Assembly (NCBI GenBank): GCA_002633005.1
Contig: NMRA01000061.1
Span: 386,957-450,956 of the forward strand
Source: Phoronis australis
Taxonomy: Eukaryota > Animalia > Phoronida
DNA: 64,000 nucleotides
Reading direction: 5' to 3'
This document shows, piece by piece, positions 24,762-38,560 of the stretch. The translations under genes and the position numbers were made by a program. The notes beneath the pieces are model-generated. The model was not told the origin of the DNA. It saw only the letters and a program-made list of their open reading frames with translations, and did no database searches. Positions within the stretch are counted from its first letter, which is position 1; each line of letters starts with the position of its first letter.

Positions 24762-27700
24762 ATGTTCAGACTGAATCCAGAGAATTATGGGGTTCCGGAA
24801 TCACAACCGGCGAGTTCAACGAAGGAATTTCACATTCCAAAGGCAATTATGCATTACACAGCTAACTTACGTAAGTAATTTTTTACTACAGGTTTCGTAT
24901 ACTATTGTATTCAGTGAGAAAAAGAACCTGTTTCTACATTAGGCGTCAGCTAGGACGTCACCCTTGGCTTATATTTTGACGTTCTCTAGCTTATGTTAAC
25001 GAGATTTATTCAATATTTACACGATGTTCTACTTAGCCATTCAGACCGCGGACGTCAAGGAAATTGCAGCGTTCGAAAAATATGATCGCGTGAAATCGAA
25101 TAGCAAAATTGTTGCTGCCTTTTTCGTTAACTCAACATGTTCGTTTTATGTTAAAGGTATTTGAACATTGTCTATCAATACGAAATCAATAATAAAAAAC
25201 AATTCTTTGAATCGGATTAAGGTGACACATTGGGCGGGAGGGGGGGAAAGCCGATTAGAACATGTCCGTCCATTCGATCACACTGTGTTTATGTTCTCTT
25301 ACTTTTACTCTAATGTATTCAATGACCGAGGAGTTAGGATTCGTTGCAAAACGATTTATCACTTGTCTTGAATGATAAAGTCAGAAACAAGTTATTAAAG
25401 TAATACAACAGCTATTCAACACACTGAATTTTTGCAATAATACGGTGTGACGGTAAATACGTTTCCTTGAAGTTGGTAAATGTTTCCTCGCCACTTTTAT
25501 GCATGACATAACTCAGTTATGCACAAAAAACCGCACACTAGCTTATGGAGAACGTTGACCGCCGCGCGGTTCCGGCACGTTGCAGTTTTTACGCGTGCGA
25601 CCTGTTTAGATTTTCAGATGTGGAGAACACTGTAACTGGTTTTTTCATTGTGACGAGGTTCCCTTTGAAATAAGTCAAAATTTGTTAGTGTGATCTTTGC
25701 AGTGACATAAATGCATCAAATTTGTTAGTGTGATCTTTGCAGTGACATAAATGCATCAAATTTGTTAGTGTGATCTTTGCAGTGACATAAATGCATCAAA
25801 TTTGTTAGTGTGATCTTTGCAGTGACATAAGTGCAGCAAATTTGTGACCACTTAAAATATACGATACCTAGAATATAAGTAACAAACACAACAAATACCT
25901 TGCCCTGGCCCCAATTATATTGACTACGGTGTTTTCTCTAGTAGTTCTTACACTCTATTAGTTCGCACACGGCCCTTGAAACATGGCGTAATACAGGTCA
26001 CCCAATAAACTGCAATGAAAATGCCACAGTGCGGTCTAAAGTAAAATTGTTAATCATTTATGAACGACACCCATATACCTGAACTGTTTTTATAACGGAG
26101 TACCATCGGGATCTTTTTCTTACTGAGAAAATTATTTACCAGTGTGCAGCAGGAAATAAGTACCGTGACAACGGGAAGTAAGTTACCCGGGAATTGTAAT
26201 TGTCAGGTAGAAGTTCCCTGAAGTCATCCTTTATTTCTTTTGGAAAACTAGCGTAATTTAAATAAACATGTTTCATTTCTAATAAATGGTTAAATTAAGC
26301 TTTTGAAATTTAGAGTTCACTCCTTTTAGTTAATACGGCAGTAGTTTTCTTGCATTTTGGTGTCGCTTGAGTGGTTTATAGTAAACAAAAGTATTAAAAA
26401 ACAATTCCTCAAATCTGAAGTTGTAACGCCGTGAACAAGCCACAATAAATGATACTGGCAAGTACAGACTTATTCTAATAAACATTCTTTCAATATCATC
26501 GAATGAAGGTTAAAGTTACGCATGTAGAGGTTGGAAAGTTATTTATAAGGGAAACGTATTTGCTGTTACGTCGGAAATAGGCGTGTGCGTCTATACGTGA
26601 AACACGCATGTTAAATCGACGAGCCAGTTTTCATGTGAGTCACAACTGATAATAAAAACACTTAAAAAGACAGTACCTAAAGAGCTTGAATCGATCGGTT
26701 TACGACCGAATATCTCCTTTTTAGATTATCTTGAAGTTGTTAGCTTGGACCAGAGTTATGAGTCGATAGCAATTTCTCGCTTATGTGGTTTAATTACCTA
26801 TCTACATTTTTGACTGTTTTTGCCAGATATTTGCTAAAATCAAGTGCGGTAGCTTTACCAGTTAAACACGTTTAAAATACTTTATCATTTTATGGATTGA
26901 ATCCAAGTCCGCTTAGAGAGCATTAGACTGCTATCGGGGATTCCAGATTCGATTTAACACTTAAGAGTACATACGGAACAGTTTTCAGCATAAATTTCTC
27001 TTTTTGAAGGACGCATTGTATTTTTTATAAACGAATCTGTCTAAAATGCGGAGTTGCAGCAAGCTACAAAGTTTTTCTTAGTATGTGACAAAGGGCGCGA
27101 GAAAAAACATGCGTGGTACACCGTTTCAAAATTGTTTGTATACTGCAATGAGGAAAGAAATTTGTTCCTGAATAAAGAATCGTTGACGAATGAGAATAGA
27201 AATACTGCTTGTGAGAGGTTCATTAACATGGGTTACTTGATGATCACGCCTCTAGTGGTCTGTGAGTAAGAACACTGGCTATTCGATAATTCTTCACCGA
27301 CATTTGTATTTAGCATACAATAAGAAAAATTTTAGGCTGTGAAATTTCTCGACAAAATTAACACTAAAAATTTAGTCCATTATTAATTTACTGCGTAGAT
27401 GTCATAAAGCAACATTTCGTACTATTTGCGGCAACGTAACCAGCCTTTGAGAAGTTATTTCTGCGCGAAAGCAGTGAACTACCGTACCTTATCGCACGTG
27501 CTTTAGTATATTTAGACTTACCTTACGCAAACTATATGATTCTATAACCTCAAAAGATGTGTTCGTGTTATTTATCTGATTCATATTGTTTCAGCTCGTC
27601 CGACGGACCCGACTTACAGTCACAACCGTGTCTCGTTTACGCCGTATCAACTGGACCTCCTACTCGCCATATTCTCTGAATTTCGATACCCAAACAGGGC

Positions 27701-30700
27701 GCAAAAAGATATCATTGCCAAGCTTGTTGGGATAACCAGAGAACAAGTTAAGGTGCGTGTATTCTTAAATGTGGTGGCTAAATAAAAGTACTTTCGACGC
27801 CTTAGAGTCATAATAAAACTGCTTTGTGTTTGTTTCATCTGTCTAAATTGTGCGAATATTGGCGTGGACAATTTTTGTAGTTCGTATGTCTGCTACACAT
27901 CATAATAAAACCCAAAGCATCAAGTTAAGCGCTCTTCTAGATTGAGGACATTAGACAGTCGAAGTCACACGAATGTCAACTCTACAATTAGTATCGCTTT
28001 TTAACCGACCCGCATCTACATCACGAATACCTGGGTAGAGTTAGGTAACACTTTGCGAGATTACGTGGGCTATTGCAGTGAATTTTAAATGAGGACATGT
28101 GATTTTGGCTAGATTTTACTAAAGAGCGCTGTCCTAGTGTTACTGAACTCTACCCTGATTCTACGAACTGCGTGCAAAACTTAGGCCTGTCGTATTTTAT
28201 ACGAAAAAGCACAGGGGTTCTCTCTCAAAAACTCTATTCAGCAGCTGATGAAAGTTTCGTTTTGAAGTTTTGGAACGTGTCTCGCAGTTTGCATGACTCT
28301 GTGTTGCGTTGTGTTGAATTTAAGCGTTTGGCAATACGTAATTACAGGTTTGGTACCAAAATCGCCGACGAAAAGAGCTTAACCGAAAAACAGTGTCGAC
28401 CTCATCCGGGACATCTGGCTGTGAAGTGACGAAAACGAAATATGTCCCTGACGACGCTTTATCCGCCATCCTTGCCGAACTTCATGCTCACAGGTACTGA
28501 AAATAGAATCTATCCCGTCTTCGATAAATTTCGCTGTCAAAGCACCATCGCCTCCCACTGGAAAGTTGTTCTTAGCTAATGTATCGTACTAAGAAATTGG
28601 AATTGTATCTTGGATTTGGGATTTGGTGTACACCCAATTCAATAAGCGGGAATTTACGGCTCTCCTCAAGCCAGAAGTCGACAGCTGTGACACGTGTTGG
28701 CTCTTGCTTGACAGTTTTGTCAAGCAAAGGTTTTGGAGAAAGCGTGCAACGTGTTACAAAAATACCTGGGGCCCGCAGTTCCGGTCATACCAAGACTATC
28801 GTCAGCACATTATTAGAAGCTCCTTCACAACGTTTACCAAGCGAAATGAAATTAAAATTTACGGCCACCATAGCCAAGGCCAGGCGTTTTATAAAACGGG
28901 CACCTGGACTCAAAAGATCCACCTTTTGTCATGTTCAATCCACCTTCACTAAAACTTGTAGTCCTTGATTAAATAAATAGGCCATATGAAAATCCGCAAC
29001 AAGCAATCCAACGTTTGGATTTGCAACCCTAAGGCCACGGTGTTTCTAGCTGTAGCTCCGTGTCTGTAAATTTGTGGCTTTCAGTTGAACTGGAAACATC
29101 GATTTCGTAGCAGGATACTAGGCGAAACAACTTGCTCCGCCGGGCTGATATAGTAATCCATCCAGCTTATATTAGCGTTAGAGACTGGTGAACAACTCTG
29201 ACATCTCCTCCTTCATTGGGCAATCAAGGATGAGGTCAAGTTGTGAATGGAAATCAGCAACCATACTGGCTTAGGTTTTGTCATAACGCAAATGTTGAAC
29301 GCGGGTTGTGATCACCGTGCTTACTTCTGTGAATGTCACTCCAGCAGCCCACGTGGTTTACAGTACAATTGTGCATATGGTTTCATGTCTCATGAAGGTT
29401 AGTCCAAGATGGAACAGCGTGCAATTGAAATCATTAAGGAGCAATTAAGTAGTTGCAGGGGCGGATCCAGGATTTTGAGTTGGGGGGCCAGGACACAGGA
29501 ATAACCAGAATTTCGGCAGACGCGAGCGCCCAGCCTCAAATGTAGGGATGCAGGGGTCTCGAATCTTTGGGTTTGCGGACCTTTTCACTAAAGGTAAACG
29601 GAGTTTGTTCAGGGCCTATGCATTGTTTATTCACCTCCGAACCCCCCTCGTTGCGCGTATGCGCTACTCAGCCATTTGCACCCGAACTGCCAAATGGTAT
29701 CTGGTAGAATTTTAAGGGGGAGACATGGCCCCCTTGCCCCCCCCCCCTAAATCTGCCACTGAGTTGTCCCAGAAAAGCTCACAGAATGCGAGAGAAATAA
29801 GCGACAATTTGAAACACCATGCAGATTAGACAGTAGCTTAGTATGGTGAAAAGTTTGTTCGAATGGTCTCGTTTCTGAATTCTTCACCAAATTCTAGTGC
29901 TAACAGAGGTTGGGTGGGAGATTAGTGGTCACACAGGAGCTAAAATAGATGATTTGATAGTGTCGAATAGTTATTACTATCCGCAGAATAAAAAACCTCT
30001 TTTTACAATCGAAAAACTCGTTTCAGTTCACAATGAATTGACGGACAATTGGTGAGTAATGCACCCTTTGGTGCCCGTCCGTTGGTTACCAAGAATGATC
30101 AACAAAATTTTATAGACATTTCATGTTCATTACGAGTATGCAATTTTGTTGTTTCAGTGGTACTGCTAAAGATACCAGCGGCCACTCAAAACGAAAACGA
30201 AGCACAAGCGAAAGTCGTTTGCCGCCGAAGAAAAGAAAACTGGGCCCCGCGTTACCGGCAATGTACCAAGACCTAAAGTTTGATTTGCGCCCTGGCTTCA
30301 TACCTCCAAACAAAGTCATGCCCGGAGCAGAACTTTTGGCGCACCAACTGTCGCAAGCCAGGAAAGCGTCGCAGCGAGTTTCCACATTGCGAACAACCAT
30401 ACCTGACGATTGCTTGTATCCGCCAAACCGCGTCGCTCCATACGAGTACACTTCGGACTATCTGCGTTATTTGTTCGCCTACTATTACCCCCATTACAGC
30501 CCTCCGTTCTCGCCGTTTGGGGGACTCACTCACGTAAGTCCACTTTACTGTACCACAGTGACAAGCACTGCCCCGCAAATGAATTGGTTTGATCCTATGT
30601 TGACGCCGGCACAACCATCCGTCCCCATCGTTCCGAATTTCCGGGCACCATATGCAAGGTCTTTCAATGCAAGCACCCACGGGAATTCTGGTATATTTGA

Positions 30701-30989
30701 GAATCGCGGCCCACAACATTCCAAAAACGTCGTCGTAAAGGAACATCAACCTGCCGTCCGTCCATCTCCAGCCGAGCCGCTGCGAATTCGTTGCGAAGAA
30801 AACTATGACATTCCCGCGCTTTCACCTATTTCACCCGTCGATGACGCCATTGCTGATATCTACAATGCTAACTCTTCTGTTGGTGTCGCTAGCAATGGCC
30901 CACCAACGGTACCGTATTCAAGTTTCACTTGGGACCAAACCCTCCCCACGTTTGGCACCACGCAACATTCTACGCCCATAGTTGCGTAA
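24762..30989 (+). CDS. Divergent PRD-class (Q50) homeobox transcription factor, ~414 aa
   Basis: Exons 24762-24870, 27595-27752, 28348-28493 and 30158-30989; all introns GT-AG and phase-compatible (1245 nt). Homeodomain YSHNRVSFTPYQLDLLLAIFSEFRYPNRAQKDIIAKLVGITREQVK|VWYQNRRRKELNRK has R5, F8, L16, F20, YP, W48, Q50, N51 and R53, with an intron between residues 46 and 47. Confidence 0.9.
25678..25845. repeat. 40-bp minisatellite (~4 copies) in a homeobox intron
   Basis: Unit aaatttgttagtgtgatctttgcagtgacataaatgcatc, repeated near-perfectly. Confidence 0.95.
29456..29761. mobile_element. hAT-like MITE (CAGGGGGCGGATCC...AATCTGCCACTG) with 5-bp flanking repeat AGTTG; related short copy at 48618-48765
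   Basis: Imperfect TIRs, G/C-run subtermini, and agttg on both flanks (29451-29455 and 29762-29766). Confidence 0.7.
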
Positions 30990-32374
30990 AGTGTGCGTGC
31001 ATATATCATACAGCTGACCATTAATGTTGCTATGTCTCATTAAACTGTGACTATGCAAATGAGGTACTAGTTTACAAACAACCCGGGTGTGCCGGAAACC
31101 ATCCGAGAACTAGTTACCTTTACAATCTTGCGAAAGTCTCGTTTTGCGAGACTATTTTTATGTAAATGAGTGTGATAATATGTCAGTGTTACCCTATTGA
31201 AACAAGGCTCAGTTTTTATCATTTGTTCATTTCAGTATCAAATAACGATTGACTTATATTTGGAATTAATAGGGTTTTCTCTACGTTCACACTTGTTTTT
31301 CAATGTATCAGTGGCGGTGTTTCTTTAAAACCGCAATTTATTTACAAATTGTTTCTTTTCCTGATTATACTTGTACACCCAGTTTTCCAGGAAGTCACAT
31401 GGTGGCGTTTGCTGTAATTTAAATAATCACGGTTTTAATGAGACATAGCATCTTTAATTATTTTGTTTTTTGTGCAAACTATGCTCTCAACTTCACCATA
31501 ATGTTCTTGCAACAGGTTGTTCTTGACCTTTGCTAGATTCTAGGCTGATGACAGGGTAGTGCTACACCAAAAGTGCGCTAGCAATCATACATTGATGATT
31601 GTCAGCAGACCACAGGTACAAACTTTTTGTAGTGAGCAGCAGTGATAAAGCGTCACCTAACGGTAGACCGACCTAAGCACCTTATACTGTGTGCGACATG
31701 GTTCCGAAAATAAACACACTACGTATACACTGCATTTATTTAGTGTTTCTTACATACTACTTTGGGCCTTTGGCCATATGAATATATTTTAATAAATCAA
31801 CTATTATCTTACATACAGTTTTAGATTTTGGTGTGTTTCATTTACTCATATTGTTGTCAACATGTTCTAAACATTGTGAAACCATTGCCATTTTGGAAAT
31901 AAACGTATCAGTAGTTATAACATTTAAAAAGAATTGTTTCACTGTAACCCGCACCAGTCCTCCAAGTATTCACTTCTTAAGTAGGTGATGAACCAGTTTC
32001 GTTTATTTATTAAATGGTGACAGCGGATAACGTTTCTTGCTGTGAGGAAAGAAGTTTTACTTTTGCTTGAGCACTCGTATGAATATTACAGCAAAGATGA
32101 AGTCGAACTTCAACCACTTTTGTATTTGTAAACTCCCTTTAACTTGAGTTACGCTAAGTATAAAAACATATTATGAATTTAAGAATACAGTAATTCTTCA
32201 TCTACTCAACACACAATGTGGCGCACGAGTGAAATTTTACTTTGTCAAGAAATATAGAGAGCAAAAACACTTCAGTCTGTTGCTAGACTAGTTGAGCTGT
32301 GTACATGTAGGTGGCGCAAAACAACAGTTAATAAACACGACGAATGTTTTCAGTCATCCAGTTGAGTAATAAGG

Positions 32375-33110
32375 TAGAGAACCATCCCCAACACGGAGGA
32401 AGACATTGATGTTGAATTGGATTACAACAGAACAGTATTAAAGTGGTGTGGCTATCCTGAGTGGTCATTCCACAAGGCAAACCATTGCGGAGTCAGGCCT
32501 CAGAACACACAGCCTGACAACAGGGGAAACATCAGGATAACTTACCTTTTGTGCCAGGGATCTCAGACCAGGTTAAATCTCATATGAGGGGCCACGATAT
32601 TTCTGTTGCGTTCAAACCTATTAACACCACAAGGAGTCAGATGATAAATGTGAAAGACAAGACCACGAAAGAGAAAACATCAAATGTGGTGTATGGCATT
32701 TCATGCTCGGAACCAGGGTGTGGGAAAGCATACATTGGGGAAACCAAACAAGCCCTGAAAAGTCGTATCAACCAACATCGTAGGCCCAGTTATGGGGACT
32801 GCTATGATTTTGCAGTTTTTAGTCATATGGCTTCCACAGACCACTCTTTCGCCATGGAAGATGTCAAGGTCCTAGATATAGAGGAAAATTGGTTTAGGAG
32901 AGGGGTCAAAGAAGCTATTCACGAGAGAATTGAGAATCCTAGCCTCAACAGACAGGGGGGTGGGGTGTGAGGAATCTCTTGCCTAGGACGTGGGATAGGG
33001 CGCTGAAGAGGATCCCCGTGAAAACTGTGCGACAGATCACATGAAGAGTCACGTGACAACTCAGTACGTGGTCTGATGAAGTCCTCGAGAGGAGGACGGC
33101 CGTTGCCATC
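32375..33110 (+). mobile_element. Penelope-like retroelement 3' fragment (GIY-YIG endonuclease and tail)
   Basis: ITLPFVPGISDQ..NVVYGISC..CGKAYIGETKQALKSRINQH..RGVKEAIH..PSLNRQGG is the typical PLE linker plus GIY-YIG domain. It is followed by a CTGATGA hammerhead-like motif. Confidence 0.9.
33073..33105 (+). ncRNA. Degenerate minimal hammerhead ribozyme motif in the Penelope tail (second copy at 38522-38555)
   Basis: CTGATGA-A-GTCC..loop..GGAC, followed by GGCC in copy 1 and GTAA in copy 2, where GAAA is expected. Confidence 0.5.
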
Positions 33111-34463
33111 TCTATGTAACCGTTAAAAAAAACAATGCAGGTGGTCTGATGTCATTTGCGGTGCCGATCAGACATGCGCAGTCCTCATGGTTGGGCCCAT
33201 TGTAACCGTAAGTCCAGTAATAGATTTATTAATTTTTCAACAGTTAATAATTGTTCCATTATTTACAGAAAGATAACGAGCCTTTGAAAACGTGGTAATT
33301 GACTTTTTGTAAAATAGATTGAAATTTATCTCACTCGCAAGGTGGTTTAATGCAGAACAGTTCCCATATGTTTTAATAATTACTGTGCGCACATCATGCC
33401 AAAACTTCTCACAGTTCTGCGGTAGGATAATCAAACCATTCACGTGAAAATGTCCATTAATTGTATCAAAATGTCTGTGACTAAAAGAAACTGCGTTTCG
33501 TCACTGTCAACTCTACCCGGCTTGCATACCAGTGTAGAGTTCAGTAACGCCAGGACCTTCACTAGGACCTCGCTAAAATCTAGCCAAAATCACGTGTTCC
33601 ACGACAAAATTTCACGTAATCTCGCGAAGTCTTGGGAGGTCCTAGCGTTCCTGAACTCTAACCAGAATCAGCCTCGTCCCCACGCCTCAAGAGGACGCTG
33701 ATCGGTTTAGCCACATTTGAGGCTTGGTTTTGGGAAATACCATCTGCGCAATGATTGGCCGCTTCTGCTGTACCCTGAATTAGAAACTGGGCGAAGCGAA
33801 GGACGCTTTCGTGATATCTAAAGAGTGTTACGTCGAATGTTACCTAGTGGTGTAGTGATAACAGTCGGAGGGAGCGGGGGAGTCAAACGTAATTTCAAGA
33901 CAATCGACCACACCGATGCATCGTGAACCCAAATCTGCCTAAGTACCTCCTTGAAGAACAAACAGATTGATAAAGCTTGAGTTTTTGAGCGAAATAATAC
34001 ATTCTGCAAACCACAACTTCTGTAGTAATAGTTTGTGTGTGTAAGAACCTATCCACATCTATAGAACATGTAAAGTAGTTAAAACGAGTCTTAAGTAGAT
34101 TGATGCCTGTGGTAATTCAGCATACAAAATAAAATTCACCAATGTTACTAGTTATAAAGAAAACCGTACATATCAATATAGTCTAATACCAACAGAACTG
34201 TGTATTTCTCCAAAGCTAGTACTATTGCTAATTTTGTCAAATAATTGACGTTCGGATAATGAGAGAGGTCGTATTCCCAATTGATTGTGGGCGGTAAGAA
34301 ATTGTTCCTTAACAACACATTAAACCCTTCCCAGTCCTCAGATCATTGTCGAGAAGGACGGATATCTCATATATCTATTCTGGGATGTTCACGCAGCAGT
34401 TTAAGTCTGTTCGCAAAATGTTCAACAAAGCACCAACGAAAACAAGAGTATGAATAGCATCTA

Positions 34464-34822
34464 CCGGGAATTTCTGAAAATAGGTCCATGGGCCAATATT
34501 TTCAGTGAAAACTACCTTTCGGCAAAAACGGCAGATTAAACCGAATATACTCCTGGGCATATTTTTGGAAACGAGAAACAGTGTATTTTCGGAAACTGTT
34601 TGACATAAATATGTCTTTTTAATGTATGTAGTTTTATCTCATCTTTAAGAATTTTATTTGTTCATACTTATTTCACATTCAGCAAACACATTGCTTCAAA
34701 ACTGCCCTTCCAAACGTGCAAGCAGTTACCAAATAATACGCCCATGGGCGTGCTTTTGGACAATTTTCCGAAAACACGCCCATGGGCCTACTTTTGCGTG
34801 GTCTACTTTCGGAAATTCCCGG
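34464..34822. mobile_element. Tc1/mariner/pogo-type MITE with TA TSD (second copy at 39915-40269)
   Basis: ta|ccgggaatttctgaaa ... tttcggaaattcccgg|ta. Confidence 0.75.
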
Positions 34823-34846
34823 TAAGACGCACGTGAATCATGATCG

Positions 34847-35642
34847 TCAGCTTGCAATGGCTTCACGTGGGATTATTTTCATGATAACTTTCTTAAATGA
34901 ATACGTAGGTGGTTTCAGCGGTTTCCAGCTTATTCCATCAAATCTCCCTTCTTCAACAGCGCCTTTCTTGTAATACTTTCCGTTCAAGTTGGCTTTATAA
35001 CACTTGTAGTACCACCAGCCGGCTGAGAATCTTTTCGCGCAGCTGCCGTCAAATTCCTTTTCCGCTTTGTCATTGTCTCTGTCATACGTGGAAAATTTCT
35101 CCAAATTGTGCTTAGACATTGCATCTCCTGCGTTGCCTTGATAACCTGTAAGGAAAAAATAAAAACATGCAAACCCATGCGCTTCACTTTTTTCTATCCA
35201 AGCCCCATATCTAATGAATATTGAGATCTAGACTTGCAAGACATTTCCAAACTGAGATCAAATTTTTTAATAAAAGCTGTACATGCAGTAGGACACAAAT
35301 CTGAAGAAAAATACACAAAAATGTCGACAATCTGCGATCATGTACTTCAAGAACAAACCCATTTAGTTTCCAGTTTGTTACGCGGCACTTGCTTCAAAGA
35401 TAAATGATTGGAAGTGTTAGTTCAAATTCAAAGACTTTGATATTCAGTTGCAAGGACTGTAAAAGTGAAACCTTGTAAATGTAGCCTGTATCCGCCTTCT
35501 TCATTCTCGATTCTGAATCGTGAATATTCGGCATAAAAGTTCTCTCTGTTCCACGATGTTAACTCAATGCGAAGACTGTAATCATCCGAGTTGGTGATGT
35601 AATGGATATTGTCATTCCCGAGCCAGTGATCTCCGAGGCTAC
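34847..35642 (-). other. Duplicate of the last two exons (35642-35472 and 35145-34847) of the fibrinogen-domain gene; probably a haplotype or assembly copy
   Basis: Protein-identical to exons 41089-40919 and 40592-40294; ends at the N gap. Confidence 0.8.
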
Positions 35643-38057
35643 CTGTGAATGAATTTAGTTTTTTTTTCNNNNNNNNNNNNNNNNNNNNNNNNNNNNNNNN
35701 NNNNNNNNNNNNNNNNNNNNNNNNNNNNNNNNNNNNNNNNNNNNNNNNNNNNNNNNNNNNNNNNNNNNNNNNNNNNNNNNNNNNNNNNNNNNNNNNNNNN
35801 NNNNNNNNNNNNNNNNNNNNNNNNNNNNNNNNNNNNNNNNNNNNNNNNNNNNNNNNNNNNNNNNNNNNNNNNNNNNNNNNNNNNNNNNNNNNNNNNNNNN
35901 NNNNNNNNNNNNNNNNNNNNNNNNNNNNNNNNNNNNNNNNNNNNNNNNNNNNNNNNNNNNNNNNNNNNNNNNNNNNNNNNNNNNNNNNNNNNNNNNNNNN
36001 NNNNNNNNNNNNNNNNNNNNNNNNNNNNNNNNNNNNNNNNNNNNNNNNNNNNNNNNNNNNNNNNNNNNNNNNNNNNNNNNNNNNNNNNNNNNNNNNNNNN
36101 NNNNNNNNNNNNNNNNNNNNNNNNNNNNNNNNNNNNNNNNNNNNNNNNNNNNNNNNNNNNNNNNNNNNNNNNNNNNNNNNNNNNNNNNNNNNNNNNNNNN
36201 NNNNNNNNNNNNNNNNNNNNNNNNNNNNNNNNNNNNNNNNNNNNNNNNNNNNNNNNNNNNNNNNNNNNNNNNNNNNNNNNNNNNNNNNNNNNNNNNNNNN
36301 NNNNNNNNNNNNNNNNNNNNNNNNNNNNNNNNNNNNNNNNNNNNNNNNNNNNNNNNNNNNNNNNNNNNNNNNNNNNNNNNNNNNNNNNNNNNNNNNNNNN
36401 NNNNNNNNNNNNNNNNNNNNNNNNNNNNNNNNNNNNNNNNNNNNNNNNNNNNNNNNNNNNNNNNNNNNNNNNNNNNNNNNNNNNNNNNNNNNNNNNNNNN
36501 NNNNNNNNNNNNNNNNNNNNNNNNNNNNNNNNNNNNNNNNNNNNNNNNNNNNNNNNNNNNNNNNNNNNNNNNNNNNNNNNNNNNNNNNNNNNNNNNNNNN
36601 NNNNNNNNNNNNNNNNNNNNNNNNNNNNNNNNNNNNNNNNNNNNNNNNNNNNGACCAAACCCTCCCCACGTTTGGCACCACACAACATTCTACGCCCATA
36701 GTTGCGTAAAGTGTGCGTACATATATCATGCAGCTGACCATTAGTGATGCTATGTCTCATTAAACTGTGACTATGCAAATGAGGTACTAGTTTACAAACA
36801 ACCCCAGTGTGCCGGAAACCATCCGAGAACTAGTTACCATTACAATCTCGCGAAAGTCTCGTTTTGTGAGACTATTTTTATGTAAATGAGTGTGATAATA
36901 TGTCAGTGTTACCCTATTGAAACAAGGCTCAGTTTTTATCATTTGTTCATTTCAGTATCAAATAACGATTGCCTAATATTTGGAATTAATAGGGTTTTCT
37001 CTACGTTGCACACTTGTTTTTCAATGTATCAGTGGCGGTGTTTCTTTAAAACCGCAATTTATTTACAAATTGTTTCTTTTCCTGATTATACTTGTACACA
37101 TAGTTCTCCAGGTGGCGTTTGCTGCAATTTAAATAATCACGGTTTTAATGAGACATAGCATCTTTAATTATTTTGTTTTTTTGTGCAAAATATGCTCTCA
37201 ACTTCACCATAATGTTCTTGCAACAGGTTGTTCTTGACCTTTGCTAGATTCTAGGCTGATGACTGAGGGTAGTGCTACACCAAAAGTGCGCTAGCAATCA
37301 TACATTGATGATTGTCAGCAGACCACAGGTACAAACTTTTTGTAGTGAGCAGCAGTGATAAAGCGTCACCTAACGGTAGACCGACCTAAGCACCTGATAC
37401 TGTGTGCGACATGGTTCCGAAAATAAACACGCTACGTATACACTGCCTTTATTAAGTGTTTCTTACATACTACTTTGGGCCTTTGGCCATATGTGTATAT
37501 TTTAATAAATCAACTATTATCTTACATACAGTTTTAGATTCTGGTGTGTTTCATTTACTCATATTGTTCTCAACATGTTCTAAACATTTGTGAAACCATT
37601 GCCATTTTGGAAATAAACGTATCAGTAGTTATAACATTTAAAGAGAATTGTTTCACTGTAACCCGCACCAGTCCTCCAAGTATTCACTTCTTAAGTGGGT
37701 GATAAACCAGTTTCGTTTATTTATTAAATGGTGACAGCGAATAACGTTTCTTGTTGTGAGGAAAGAAGTTTTACTTTTACTTGAGCACTCGTATGAATAT
37801 TACAGCAAAGATGAAGTCGAACTTCAACCACTTTTGTATTTGTAAACTCCCTTTAACTTGAGTTACGCTAAGTATAAAAACATATTATGAATTTATGAAT
37901 ACGGTAATTCTTCATCTACTTAGCACACAATGTGGCGCACGAGTGAAATTTTACAATGTCAAGAAATATAGAGAGCAAAACACGTCAGTCTGTTGCTAGA
38001 CGCAAAACAACAGTTAATGAACACGACGAAAGTTTTCAGTCATCCAGTTGAGTAATA

Positions 38058-38560
38058 AGGTAGAGAACCATCCCCAACACGGAGGAAGACATTGATGTTG
38101 AATTGGACTACAACAGAACAGTATTAAAGAGGTGTGGCTATCCTGAGTGGTCATTCCACAAGGCAAACCATTACGGAGTCAGGCCTCAGAACACACAGCC
38201 TGACAACAGGGGAAACATCAGGATAACATTACCTTTTGTGCCAGGGATCTCAGACCAGGTTAAATCTCATATGAGGGGCCACGATATTTCTTTTGCGTTC
38301 AAACCTATTAACACCACAGGGAGTCAGATGATAAATGTGAAAGACAAGACCACGAAAGAGAAAACATCAAATGTGGTGTATGGCATTTCATGCTCGGAAC
38401 CAGGGTGTGGGAAAGCATACATTGGGGAAACCAAACAAGCCCTGAAAAGTCGTATCAACCAACATCGTGAAAACTGTGCGACAGATCGCATGAAGAGTCA
38501 CGTGACAACTCAGTACGTGGTCTGATGAAGTCCACGAGAGGAGGACGTAACGTTGCCATC
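38058..38560 (+). mobile_element. Second copy of the Penelope fragment, with a 238-bp internal deletion
   Basis: Near-identical to 32375-33110 but lacks 32782-33019; CGT microhomology at the junction. Confidence 0.88.

Noticed and set aside
28500-29450. Coding-looking stretch in a homeobox intron (ORFs 28579-28968 and 28623-28952)
   Set aside because: I found no recognisable motif in the frames I translated, and there are many stops. It may be an old pseudogene or TE fragment, but I cannot support a call without a search.
35428-36778. Long ORFs spanning X runs
   Set aside because: Artefacts of the N gap at 35669-36652.
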